DNA of 64,000 nucleotides from Pirellulales bacterium (lineage in GTDB: Bacteria > Planctomycetota > Planctomycetia > Pirellulales > JAICIG01): NCBI GenBank assembly GCA_040901675.1, contig JBBDYJ010000032.1, positions 96,756-160,755 of the forward strand, in the 5' to 3' direction. The notes below the pieces were generated by a model. The model made no database searches, was not told where the DNA came from, and saw only the letters and a program-made list of their open reading frames with translations. How positions within the stretch are numbered: position 1 is the first letter of the stretch; each line of letters begins with the position of its first letter. The position numbers and the translations under genes were made by a program. This document shows, one piece after another, positions 28,831-38,398 of this stretch.

Positions 28831-29985
28831 ATGTCGATGCGCGCGTTCATTACGTTCGGCACTCGACCGGAAGCCATCAAGATGGCGCCGATCATTGACG
28901 AGTGCCGCCGACGGGGCGGCCGAATCGAAGCGATCGTCTGCCTGACCGGCCAGCACCATGAGCTCCTCTCCCAAGTCACCGACTATTTTAATATCCGGGC
29001 CGACGTCGACCTGGCCCTGATGCGCCCCGGCCAGTCGCCGGCCGAAGTCACCGCACGGTGCCTCGCCCAGCTCGATCGCGAGCTCGCGCGCCTGCGGCCC
29101 GATTGCGTCGTCGTCCAGGGCGATACATCGACTGTGATGGCGGCCGCCCTGGGTGCATTCTTCCGCCACATCCCGCTGGTACACGTCGAGGCGGGCCTGC
29201 GAACGGGCAACCTGCTGGCCCCCTGGCCCGAAGAATTGAACCGCCGGGTGGCCAGCCTGGCCGCCACCCTCCACTGCGCGCCTACCGAGCGGGCGGCCGC
29301 CAACCTGCGCGCCGAGGGCATCGCCCCGGCTACCATCCACGTCACCGGCAACACCGTGATCGACGCGCTGCTTCAAACCCGACAGCGGGAGCGGGCCAAC
29401 GCCGCCCACTGGCGGCGGCAGTACCCCATGCTCGCCAACCGCCGAATGGTGCTCATCACCGGCCACCGCCGTGAAAACCTTGGCAGCGGCGGCCTCCAGC
29501 GGGTCTGCCAGGCCGTCGCCGCCCTGGCGCGCCGCTTCACCGACGTCGAGTTCCTCTATCCGGTCCACTTGAACCCGCAAGTCCAGTCCGCGGTCCGTCC
29601 GCTTTTGGCCGGCCTGCCCAATGTCTGGCTGGTCGAGCCGGCCAGCTACCCGGCCTTCGTCTGGCTGATGGAGCGGTCGCACTTGATCTTGACCGATTCG
29701 GGCGGCATTCAGGAGGAAGCGCCCTCGCTGGGCAAGCCGCTGTTGGTCACGCGCGACACGACCGAGCGCCCCGAGGCGGTCGAGGCCGGCGCCGTCGAGC
29801 TCGTCGGAACCAACATCGAGCGCATCATTGACCGGACCGCCCTCTTATTAACCGACCCCGCCGCCCACGCCGCCCACCGCGTCGCGCTCAAGCCTTACGG
29901 CGACGGCCGCGCCGCCCCCCGCATCGTCGACCTCATGCTTCAGTCCCTCCCACACCTCTCTCCCCATCCGAAATTCTGTACATAA
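28831..29985 (+). CDS. wecB: UDP-N-acetylglucosamine 2-epimerase (non-hydrolysing)
   Basis: GTRPEAIK, QGDT, HVEAGLRT, HRREN, TDSGGIQEEAP, TERPEA, YGDGRAA. Confidence 0.97.
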   Translation: MSMRAFITFGTRPEAIKMAPIIDECRRRGGRIEAIVCLTGQHHELLSQVTDYFNIRADVDLALMRPGQSPAEVTARCLAQLDRELARLRPDCVVVQGDTSTVMAAALGAFFRHIPLVHVEAGLRTGNLLAPWPEELNRRVASLAATLHCAPTERAAANLRAEGIAPATIHVTGNTVIDALLQTRQRERANAAHWRRQYPMLANRRMVLITGHRRENLGSGGLQRVCQAVAALARRFTDVEFLYPVHLNPQVQSAVRPLLAGLPNVWLVEPASYPAFVWLMERSHLILTDSGGIQEEAPSLGKPLLVTRDTTERPEAVEAGAVELVGTNIERIIDRTALLLTDPAAHAAHRVALKPYGDGRAAPRIVDLMLQSLPHLSPHPKFCT

Positions 29986-30144
29986 TTTCGACCACCCCCC
30001 TTGACACCCAGCCACCGCCTGCGGTATAGAGGAGGCAGGCGAAACACTGAAGGGGGGAGAGCCACTTGCCCGACACGACCGCCGGTCACGGATAGAATAG
30101 CCATTCTGCCACAGGCGGACCTGCTTGCACGGATCAGCCGACAG

Positions 30145-30575
30145 GGACCAAAGAGCCAAGACCGCAATGAGGCTGGAGACCGGAGGCTGGAGACCAGAGG
30201 ACAAAGAAGACAAGACCAAGACCAAAGTGCCAAGACCAGACCCAAGCACCAAGACCCAAGTACCCAGTACCCCTCTCTTCCCCAAGTTCCGGATTGTTCG
30301 GATTAAAGTCGCGAAAAGTGGTGAACAACTCAGCTAGTTTCTAGTTCCTGGTTCCTGGTTTCTAGCAAACCAGCAACCAAGAACCAGACTTCGGCGAGCT
30401 CAGTCGAGTCGCAACCAGCAACCATTCTGACTTCTGACGCCTAAATCACCATAAATCGGGAAACAACTCGAATGAGTCGTTAGTGGGTAGTGGCCAAGTG
30501 GTCCGCACGTACCAAGCACCAAGATCCAGTTCTGACTTCTGACCCTTAAATCATCGAAAATCGGGAAACAACTGG
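30145..30575. repeat. Cluster of heptamer tandem repeats plus a ~44-bp direct repeat (about 30425-30468 and 30530-30573)
   Basis: ACCAAG-, CTGGTTC- and AACCAGC-type units; TTCTGACTTCTGAC...AAATCGGGAAACAACT occurs twice. Confidence 0.75.
30387..30410 (-). repeat. Single 24-bp micro-element inserted in an AACCAGC heptamer tract
   Basis: Exact reverse complement of GACTCGACTGAGCTCGCCGAAGTC; removing it restores AACCAGC-AACCAGC. Confidence 0.9.
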
Positions 30576-30593
30576 ACACGAAAGCGGACGCGA

Positions 30594-30712
30594 CGAAAGC
30601 GCCGGTGAAAACCGGCAGGGAGTCGGCGATGCAATGCAAGAACCCCCACAGCGAAGCAGTAGCGAGCCACGCTGGCTCACGAGTAATCCGCCGGCGACGG
30701 CAACGTCGCGGG
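30594..30712 (+). mobile_element. Probable group II intron 5' remnant, copy 2
   Basis: First 33 nt identical to 26131-26163; homology continues to GCGACGGCAACGT. Confidence 0.5.
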
Positions 30713-30785
30713 CGTGCGCCGCGGCTCGCGGCGGGTGTCTTGCTACCAGGAGCAACGGCACACGGAGTGTGCCTGCTACTTTGGG

Positions 30786-31745
30786 TCATTTGTTCTCGGG
30801 GGCGGCGGGGCGGTGGTAGAGCACGGCGCATTGCTCGTGGCGAGTGCCGCTTTGATCGGTGACGGCGAACAGGGTCGGCCCCCAAAAGGATACGCCGGCG
30901 TGCGTGCCGTCCTTGCCCAACAGGTAGAACGTCACGTTGAACTTGGGCCGCCCCTCGGAGTCGCGCAGACGCCCGGCAGTCCGCTTCACCACGCGGTTCA
31001 ACATCTCCATGCCCGCGTCGTGCGGCGACATGCCGGCACGCATCCACTCCACGGCCGCGAAACTGCTGAGGTTCTCGATGTTGGCTTCGCCGCGGCCCGT
31101 GCTGCCACAGGAACCGACAGCGTTGTCCACGTAAAGTCCGGCGCCGATCGAGCAGGAGTCGCCCAGGCGGCCCGCCAGCTTGAAGGCCAGCCCGCTGGTC
31201 GTGGTCGCGCAGCTCAAATCGCCGGCCGCGTTCAGCGCCGCACAGTGGATGGTGCCGGTGGTCCGCTGCTTCTTGAAGTATTCGAGCACGTCGGGGTCGA
31301 GCTGGTCTTCCGGCGGCGGCAGCCAGTCGTCGTCCGGGCCGCGCGTCTGCCGCCAGTAGAGCCAGATCTTGCGGGCCCGCTCGGTCAGCAGGTCCTCCTC
31401 CTTGAAGCCTTGCGCCTTGGCGAACCGCAAGGCCCCTTCGCCGACCAGCAGAACGTGGTCGGTCTCGTCCATCACCAGCCGGGCCACACGCGACGCGAAC
31501 CGCACGTTGCGCAAGGCGCCCACCGCGCCGGCCCGGTGCGTAGGACCGTGCATTACGGCGGCATCGAGCTCGACCACGCCGTCCTCGTTGGGCAGACCGC
31601 CATAGCCGACGGTCGTGTCGTTGGGATCGTCTTCGAGCAGGTTCACACCGGCAATCACCGCGTCGAGCGGGTCCGCGCCCGCAGCCATCATTTCGTAAGC
31701 GCGGCGGGTCGCTTCCAGCCCGTTCTTCGAGGCGATGACTTTCAT
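30786..31745 (-). CDS. N(4)-(beta-N-acetylglucosaminyl)-L-asparaginase / type 2 asparaginase
   Basis: EDDPNDTTVGYGGLPN, ELDAAVM, GTI nucleophile, TSGLAFKLAGRLGDS, TGRGE; start trimmed to MKVIASKNG. Confidence 0.92.
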   Translation of the reverse strand: MKVIASKNGLEATRRAYEMMAAGADPLDAVIAGVNLLEDDPNDTTVGYGGLPNEDGVVELDAAVMHGPTHRAGAVGALRNVRFASRVARLVMDETDHVLLVGEGALRFAKAQGFKEEDLLTERARKIWLYWRQTRGPDDDWLPPPEDQLDPDVLEYFKKQRTTGTIHCAALNAAGDLSCATTTSGLAFKLAGRLGDSCSIGAGLYVDNAVGSCGSTGRGEANIENLSSFAAVEWMRAGMSPHDAGMEMLNRVVKRTAGRLRDSEGRPKFNVTFYLLGKDGTHAGVSFWGPTLFAVTDQSGTRHEQCAVLYHRPAAPENK

Positions 31746-33085
31746 GGGTTCTCGATTCCAAGCCGCCGGTATTTTTCCTTGTATTTTTCCCAGAGGCGTT
31801 TTTGCCGATCGTTGAGATCGACCTTCCGCCCCTGGATGAAGGCCGCGTGAACCTGCGTGGTGATCTCCAGGGGGTCGCCCGAAGTGACGATCAGCGTGGC
31901 GTCCTTGCCCGCCTCCAGCGATCCAAGCCGTTCGGCGACGCCCAGGATGCGGGCCGGATAGAGCGTGACCGCCTTGAGCGCCTCGTCGGGCGGCAGGCCG
32001 TGTGCCGCCGCCGCGCCGGCGTGGTGCGGCAAATCGCGGACCCTGGAAGGCTGCTGGGCCGCACTGATGCAGAACTCGACGCCGGCCTGGTGCAGCCGTG
32101 CGGGAACGGTGAAGGCGGTGTCGTACGGGTCGTCCCGGCGGCGGGGCAGGCGATTCACTCCGCCCACAATCACCGGGACCTGATGCTTCTTGAGCAGCTC
32201 GGCGCAGGCCGGCGCGTCGTAGCCGCCGACCAGCACGAGCTTCAGCTTTTCTTCCTGGACGAGTGCCAGGGCGGCCTGGATTTGCTGGATCTCGTCGGCG
32301 TGCACGAACAGGGGCAGGCGGCCTTCGAGCACTTCGGCCAGAGCTTCCCAACGGGCGTCGAACTTCAGCGGCGACGCACCGGCGCTGGCGCGGCCGTTCT
32401 TGGCGGTCAAGTAAGCCCGCGCGTCGGTCAACGCCTGGCGGATCTGGGTCAGCGACTTGTCCCGCGTGGCGAGCTGCTCCTGGGCGGAAGCTTCCATCCG
32501 CCAGGTGTACGTAGGCGCCATTCGCGGCCAGGTGAGGTGCATGCCGACGCCCGCCCGGACCGTCATGTCCTCCCATGTCCAGCCGTCGAGGTGGATCAAG
32601 GCCGAGCAGCCTGAAACGAGGCCCCCGGCCGGCGTGGAGAGCACGGTGAGTATGCCGGCGGAGCGGGCGACGGGAATCAATTCGCTGTCGGGGTTGATCG
32701 CCACCTGGGCCTTGACATTGGGGTTGATCGCGCCGGTCTCCGACTGGTCGCGCGTGGCCCGCACCGACGGGATCTCGACGAGCCCCAACGGCGTGAAGGC
32801 ATCGATCAAGCCGGGGTAGACGTGCTGGCCGGCGAGGTCGATCCGCTCGGTATTGGGCGGCAATGCCAGATCGGTGCCGACGGCCACGATCTTGCCGCCT
32901 TCGAACAGGATCGCGCCGCCGGGTATCTCCGGTCCCGACACCGGGTGAATCGTGCCGCCCGTCAAAACGATCGGGTGGTTCTGCGGCGCGCCGGGCACCT
33001 CCGGCGAGGCACCGCTCTGCCTGGCGGCGCCCAGGGCGACGGTGGCGGCCAGGAGCCAGGCGAGGATGAATTGTGCGTTTCTCAC
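31742..33085 (-). CDS. Secreted amidohydrolase-family protein (partner subunit)
   Basis: Signal peptide; PGLIDA; LGSLEAGKDATLIVTSGDPL. Confidence 0.88.
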   Translation of the reverse strand: MRNAQFILAWLLAATVALGAARQSGASPEVPGAPQNHPIVLTGGTIHPVSGPEIPGGAILFEGGKIVAVGTDLALPPNTERIDLAGQHVYPGLIDAFTPLGLVEIPSVRATRDQSETGAINPNVKAQVAINPDSELIPVARSAGILTVLSTPAGGLVSGCSALIHLDGWTWEDMTVRAGVGMHLTWPRMAPTYTWRMEASAQEQLATRDKSLTQIRQALTDARAYLTAKNGRASAGASPLKFDARWEALAEVLEGRLPLFVHADEIQQIQAALALVQEEKLKLVLVGGYDAPACAELLKKHQVPVIVGGVNRLPRRRDDPYDTAFTVPARLHQAGVEFCISAAQQPSRVRDLPHHAGAAAAHGLPPDEALKAVTLYPARILGVAERLGSLEAGKDATLIVTSGDPLEITTQVHAAFIQGRKVDLNDRQKRLWEKYKEKYRRLGIENP

Positions 33086-33097
33086 TGGGGCCGCTCC

Positions 33098-36000
33098 TTA
33101 CTCGTCGGCGTCGTCGTGGCCATGGTGACAAAAGATGTCTTCGCGAGGCCATGGGTTCTGGCGGGCTTCGTCGGGGCTTTCGACCGCTTCGCCCGAGGCG
33201 AGCACGCGCTGCACCAGGGCGGCGCGCATGGCGGCCGCTTCGTCGCGGCGGGACTGATCGTGCTCGCGGTCGAAGTACTTGCGGCCGTCGATCCAGGTCT
33301 GTTCGGCGCGCGAGTAGCTCGAAAGGGGCGAGCCGCTCCAAACGACCAGGTCGGCGTCCTTGCCCGGCTCGAGCGAGCCGACCCGTTCGGCGATGCCCAA
33401 TTGGCGGGCCGGATTCAAGGTCACGAACTGCAAGGCCTCGTGCGGCGGCACGCCTCCGTAGCGGACGGCCTTGGCGGCTTCCAGATTCAAGCGGCGGCCC
33501 AACTCGGCGTTGTCGGAGTTGAACGAGACGACCACTCCGGCCCGGTGCATCAGCGCGCCGTTGTAGGGGATGGCGTCGAAGACCTCGAACTTGTAGGCCC
33601 ACCAATCGGAGAAACTCGAGGCGCCCGCCCCGTGGCCGGCGATTGCATCGGCCAGCTTATAGCCTTCGAGGATGTGCTGCAGCGTGCCCACGCGGACGCC
33701 GAACTGCTCGCAGGTCCGCAGGAAGGCCAGGATCTCGTCCTGCCGGTAGGAGTGACAGTGGATCAGCCGCTTGCCTTCGAGCACTTCGGCCAAGGCTTCG
33801 AGCTCCAGGTCGATGCGGGGCGGAATGCCTTGCCGGCCCTGGTTGAAGGCATCGTGCGCCTGCCGGTAGTCGCGGGCGGCGCGGAAGGCATCGTGGACGA
33901 GCTGTTCCACGCCCATCCGCGTCTGCGGATAGCGGCTGCTATGCTGGTCGCCCCAGTTGCTCTGCTTGACGTTCTCGCCCAGGGCAAACTTGATCCCCGG
34001 CGGGGCGGCGGCGAACTTCATCTCCTCCGGCAGGGCGCCCCAGCGGAACTTGATCACCTGGTTCTGGCCCCCGATCGTGTTGGCCGACCCGTGCAGGATG
34101 TTGGCCGCCGTTACTCCGCCGGCCAACTGCCGATAAATGTTCACGTCGTTGGGATCGATGAAGTCGCCGATGCGGACCTCGGCGGTGATCGTCTGGCCGC
34201 TTTCGTTGACGCCGCCGTCCGTGGCGATGTGCGAATGGCAATCGATGATCCCCGGCGTGATATGCTTGTTCGTCGCATCGATCACCACGGCGCCTGCCGG
34301 GGCGGCCACGTCTTTGCCGACCGCCGTGATTCGACCCTGCTCGACGAGCACCGAGGCGTCGTCGAGCGTGCCGGCCGGTCCGGCGGTCCAGACCGTGGCG
34401 TGCTGAAAGACGACCGCGGCGGGTTGCTCCGGCGTGTGCGCCAGCCCGAACGCGCCCAGCGGATAGTTAACCGGGTAGAGCGCGGTTTTCGGCTTCTGCT
34501 CGTCCGGCTCTGGCGTCGTCGCGGCAGCCGGCGCAGGAGCGTTGGGCTCGGGCGGTGTGGGGGCCGGTTGCCCGTCGGGCGGCGCGGCGGCGGGCATGGG
34601 CTGCCCCGGCGCCTCCTCGGCTGGCGGCTGAGCTTGCTCCGGCTTTTTCTCATCTGCATCCGGCTTCGCCGAAAACGGCGCCGTCCGCCGGGCGGTGGCC
34701 GAGGTCTGCTTGCCGTCGGCCCAGACGACCACCCCCGTCCAGGTTGCCTCCGACTTGGCCCCAATGGCAGGCAGCACTCCAGGCCGGGTCTCGCTCGACG
34801 TGGCGCTGCCGCTGAACTGCACGACCCCCGGCCAGCCGACCGACTCGCCTTTGAAGCTGGCCGCAAGCTGCGAACCATCGAGGACGACATGAATGAGCTG
34901 CGCCTCCTTGTCGGCCCGCTTGACCTTGCCCGACAGCTTGGCCGGCTCGCCTTCCAGCTCGACGACGATCGCCTCACTGCCGCCGTCGGGCGTGGCCAAT
35001 TCGAACGACCAGGTGCCGCGCAGATCGTTGGGCACCGAATCGTCCGGCAGGTACGGCCGGCCGTCGACCCATGTCTCCAACAGGCGGGTCTTCTCGTGGA
35101 ACAAGTCGCCATCGGCAATCACCAGGTTGGCCGCCTTGCCGGCTTCCAGCGTTCCCAGGCGATCGGCCAGCCCGAACAACTCGGCCGGCGTGACGGTCAA
35201 GGCTGCCAGGGCGCGGTCGGGATTCAGCCCGCGCTGGACCGCCTTGCGAATCGCCGAAAGGAAGCCGCCCACGTCCGAAAGTCCATGCGTGGTGAAAGCG
35301 ATCTTCACGCCGGCCGCGTCGAGTCGGGCCGGGTTCTCCGGGGAAATGTCCCAATGCAGCAGCCGCTCGAGGGCCACCGACATGGCCGCCTCTGGAGTCA
35401 GCACGTTGGGCGGCTTGGGAAAATTGACTGGCAAGATCACGGGGCGCCCGGCGGCTTTGACGGCCTCGAGGCGGCGGTACTCGGCCCCGCAGCCCCGGAT
35501 GATGCAGTCGAGCTTGAACTCGCGGGCAAACTGGTCGGCCCTGAGAAAGTACAACTCGTCCGATGCCGAAATCACCACCGGCAAAGTCCCAGCGCGGTAA
35601 GGCCCCAGCGCGGCCAAGGCGTCGTTATGTTCCGGCCGCGGCAGACCGGGCTGTTGGCGGTAGGCATTCCAGGCCGACTCGTACCAGGCGGCGTCGTGGA
35701 AGGCCTGCCGGGCCAGCGCCATGGCGCCCATGGGCGAGTTGGGATACGCATCGCGGCCGCGGGAGGCGGTCAGCGTGAGGTGCAAGGCGGCTTGCGGCCT
35801 GAGGATCGCCCGGGCGCCGGATTCGTCACTGGTGGCCACGACGGCGCTGGTGCCCCGGACTATTCCGACGCTCGGCGCCAGCAGGCGGGCCGTGATGCCC
35901 TGGCTGCGCAGTTGCTTGTTGGCACCCGAATCGAGAGCATACCTTTCGTCGACGCGGACGGTGGCCGCGATGTCGGCGTTCCAATAGCCGGCGCCCTTGC

Positions 36001-36337
36001 CGTCGGCCAATCGCGAGGCGTCGGCCGGCAATTCGGCCAGGGCATCGATGAAGCCGGCATAGACGGTCTTGCCGTCCAGCGGACGGACGACGGCTTCGGA
36101 TGGCACTTCGACCTGGCCGCCCACGGCCTCGATCACGCCGTCGCGGACGATCAGCGTGCCCGACTCGATCACCTGCCCCGGCGATACGACGATGCGGGCG
36201 CCCGTGAGCGCGTAGACGCGTGGCGTGTTCTCGCGCAAGCCAGCCGGGGGCGGAGTGCCGGGCGCCGCCGCCTGGGCCAGGCACGCCAGAGCGGCCGCAA
36301 CAAGGAATACTGCCGGTGCGGGAGTCTTGTGTGTCAT
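33098..36337 (-). CDS. Secreted double-domain amidohydrolase
   Basis: Two amidohydrolase domains; PGIIDCHSH, KFALGEN, HCHSY, GSLEPGKDAD; start MTHKTP. Confidence 0.9.
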   Translation of the reverse strand: MTHKTPAPAVFLVAAALACLAQAAAPGTPPPAGLRENTPRVYALTGARIVVSPGQVIESGTLIVRDGVIEAVGGQVEVPSEAVVRPLDGKTVYAGFIDALAELPADASRLADGKGAGYWNADIAATVRVDERYALDSGANKQLRSQGITARLLAPSVGIVRGTSAVVATSDESGARAILRPQAALHLTLTASRGRDAYPNSPMGAMALARQAFHDAAWYESAWNAYRQQPGLPRPEHNDALAALGPYRAGTLPVVISASDELYFLRADQFAREFKLDCIIRGCGAEYRRLEAVKAAGRPVILPVNFPKPPNVLTPEAAMSVALERLLHWDISPENPARLDAAGVKIAFTTHGLSDVGGFLSAIRKAVQRGLNPDRALAALTVTPAELFGLADRLGTLEAGKAANLVIADGDLFHEKTRLLETWVDGRPYLPDDSVPNDLRGTWSFELATPDGGSEAIVVELEGEPAKLSGKVKRADKEAQLIHVVLDGSQLAASFKGESVGWPGVVQFSGSATSSETRPGVLPAIGAKSEATWTGVVVWADGKQTSATARRTAPFSAKPDADEKKPEQAQPPAEEAPGQPMPAAAPPDGQPAPTPPEPNAPAPAAATTPEPDEQKPKTALYPVNYPLGAFGLAHTPEQPAAVVFQHATVWTAGPAGTLDDASVLVEQGRITAVGKDVAAPAGAVVIDATNKHITPGIIDCHSHIATDGGVNESGQTITAEVRIGDFIDPNDVNIYRQLAGGVTAANILHGSANTIGGQNQVIKFRWGALPEEMKFAAAPPGIKFALGENVKQSNWGDQHSSRYPQTRMGVEQLVHDAFRAARDYRQAHDAFNQGRQGIPPRIDLELEALAEVLEGKRLIHCHSYRQDEILAFLRTCEQFGVRVGTLQHILEGYKLADAIAGHGAGASSFSDWWAYKFEVFDAIPYNGALMHRAGVVVSFNSDNAELGRRLNLEAAKAVRYGGVPPHEALQFVTLNPARQLGIAERVGSLEPGKDADLVVWSGSPLSSYSRAEQTWIDGRKYFDREHDQSRRDEAAAMRAALVQRVLASGEAVESPDEARQNPWPREDIFCHHGHDDADE

Positions 36338-36613
36338 CGGCAAACCTTGCTGCTGGCGAGCGGGTGGCGACTGGGGGTTGATGGTCCGGCCCGCGCCGAC
36401 CCCGTTTCGCGGCAGTCCGGGCGGCAAACGGAATGAATTCGGCGGTGGTAACACAACAATAACCCATCGGTAGGCGACAGGGAACCGGGGACGGGGGACA
36501 AGGCGGAGGTTGAGTCCCGCCCGCGGCGAGTCGGGGGCGGGGCAAGGAACTTAGATTGCGCCGCGGGGTTACACTCGTAGCTGGCCCAAATCTCTTCAAC
36601 GCGAGGTCTTGCG

Positions 36614-37894
36614 ATGACTACAGCCGCCATAACGCGACGATCGGCCCTGCTCCTGTCCTTGTTGGCCATTTCGGCGACGGCCGCCGACTGGCCCCGGTTC
36701 CGCGGTCCCAACGGTTCGGCGGTCAGCGACGAGACCGGGCTGGCCACGACGTGGAGCCCGAGCGAGAACGTATTGTGGAAGACCGAGTTGCCGGGCCCCG
36801 GCTCGTCGAGCCCGATCACGACGGGGGGGCGCGTGTTTCTGACCTGCTATACCGGTTACGGAATCGACCGCAACGCACCCGGCGAGTCGGAAGACCTGGA
36901 GCGTCATCTGATCTGCCTGGATCAGAAGGATGGCCGCGTCCTCTGGCAGCGCTCCATAAAAGCCAAGGTGCCTGAGGACCCGCCCCAGGGCTTCTTGATG
37001 GAGCACGGGTACGCCTCGAGCACGCCGGCCACGGATGGCGAGCGGGTATACGTGCTCTTCGGGAAGACCGGCGTGCTGGCCTTCGGCCTGGACGGCAGCC
37101 CGCTGTGGGAGGCGGACGTCGGCACGGGCTCGGCGATCATGGGTTGGGGATCGGCGTCGAGCCCCATCGTACACGAGAACATGGTGATCGTGAGCGCCAG
37201 CGCCGAGGGCCCGGCCATGGTCGCGCTCGACAAGCTGACGGGAGCGGAAGTGTGGAAAGCGGACGCCGAGGGTTCGCGGGGATCGTGGGGCACGCCGGTG
37301 CTCGCTCGGGGCCGGGATGGCAACCTGGAACTAGCGTTGAACGTGCCTTACGAGGTGTGGGGCTTCTCCCTGAAGACCGGCAACCTGCTCTGGTTTGCCG
37401 CGGCGCCCGAGGACAACGTGATCTGCACCAGCCCCGTGGCACACGACGACATGGTCTACGTGGTGGGAGGCCGCCGCGGCGGCTCGGTCGCCGTGCGCGC
37501 CGGGGGCCGCGGCGAGGTGACCGAGAGCCATACCGCATGGAAGAGCGACCTGGCATCGTATGTGCCTTCGGCCGTGCTGTATGAGAATCATCTGTATTGG
37601 GTGACCGATCGCGGGATAGCTTACTGCGTCAAGGCCGACACGGGCGAAACCGTATTCCAGGAGCGGCTGGGCGATGCGGGGCAGATCTACGCCTCGGCGG
37701 TGGCGGCCGACGGCAAGCTCTACGTGGTGACGCGGTTCAACGGCACGTTTGTGCTGGCTGCCAAGCCGCAGTTCGAGCGGCTGGCCCAGAACAAGCTGGA
37801 CGACGAAAGCGACTTCAACGCCAGTCCGGCGATCAGCAACGGACAACTGATCCTGCGCTCGAACAAATTCTGCTACAGCATCAAGAAAGAATGA
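36614..37894 (+). CDS. PQQ-like beta-propeller (BamB-like) secreted protein
   Basis: Signal peptide; DWPRFRGPNG, SSPI, YASSTPATDGERVY. Confidence 0.9.
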   Translation: MTTAAITRRSALLLSLLAISATAADWPRFRGPNGSAVSDETGLATTWSPSENVLWKTELPGPGSSSPITTGGRVFLTCYTGYGIDRNAPGESEDLERHLICLDQKDGRVLWQRSIKAKVPEDPPQGFLMEHGYASSTPATDGERVYVLFGKTGVLAFGLDGSPLWEADVGTGSAIMGWGSASSPIVHENMVIVSASAEGPAMVALDKLTGAEVWKADAEGSRGSWGTPVLARGRDGNLELALNVPYEVWGFSLKTGNLLWFAAAPEDNVICTSPVAHDDMVYVVGGRRGGSVAVRAGGRGEVTESHTAWKSDLASYVPSAVLYENHLYWVTDRGIAYCVKADTGETVFQERLGDAGQIYASAVAADGKLYVVTRFNGTFVLAAKPQFERLAQNKLDDESDFNASPAISNGQLILRSNKFCYSIKKE

Positions 37895-37935
37895 AGGCAG
37901 AATGAAGGAGGAAGGAGGAAGGAGGAAGGAGGAAG
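37890..37935. repeat. Heptamer tract (GAAGGAG)n
   Basis: Read directly after the PQQ gene stop. Confidence 0.8.
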
Positions 37936-37984
37936 ACAAGGTGTGGCGGAAATAAGCCGACAGCAGATGTCTGGATGCTGGATC

Positions 37985-38062
37985 TGGGGCACGCTACGAC
38001 TCGACTGAGCTCGCGACTCGACTGAGCTCGCCGAAGTCCGAAGTCCGCTTTGCCGCCAGCCA
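37985..38062 (+). repeat. Host hairpin with nested double 24-bp insertion (37998-38045)
   Basis: 48-nt core identical to 6211-6258. Confidence 0.9.
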
Positions 38063-38398
38063 CGCGGCCGGGTCGTCCGCTGGCGGCGGTGGCATGGCTT
38101 TTGGCACGCGACGTGCATCTCTTTTCAGGCGGTAGCCGGGATGGCCGGCGAAGTCAACCGCGTGGAGGACGGCGCGATGACGCTTCAATACCTGCTCGAC
38201 ACGTTGCTGAGGGAACGCCAAAGCAGAGTGCGAGACCGCCAGTCCTTGCCCGGCGACAGGGGATTCAACATGCCGGCGGTCAACACGCGAACCCCCGCGG
38301 ACGCCAGGCAGCAGGATACGAGACAGCAAAGAGAAGACAGGCAGTCTGGCTCGTGGCCTGTGTAACTCTGGTCTCTCGATCCTCCCCCGTGGGCCTCT

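Noticed and set aside
30786..31745. Glycosylasparaginase as part of the glycosylation island
   Set aside because: Opposite strand, overlaps the amidohydrolase operon, and is separated from the island by a repeat cluster; adjacency is probably coincidental
31746..33605. 620-aa N-terminal extension on the asparaginase ORF
   Set aside because: Arg/Pro-rich off-frame read of the amidohydrolase genes; real start at 31745
38141..38365. 74-aa ORF between the PQQ and ALDH genes
   Set aside because: No motif and runs into heptamer-like sequence; cannot be supported
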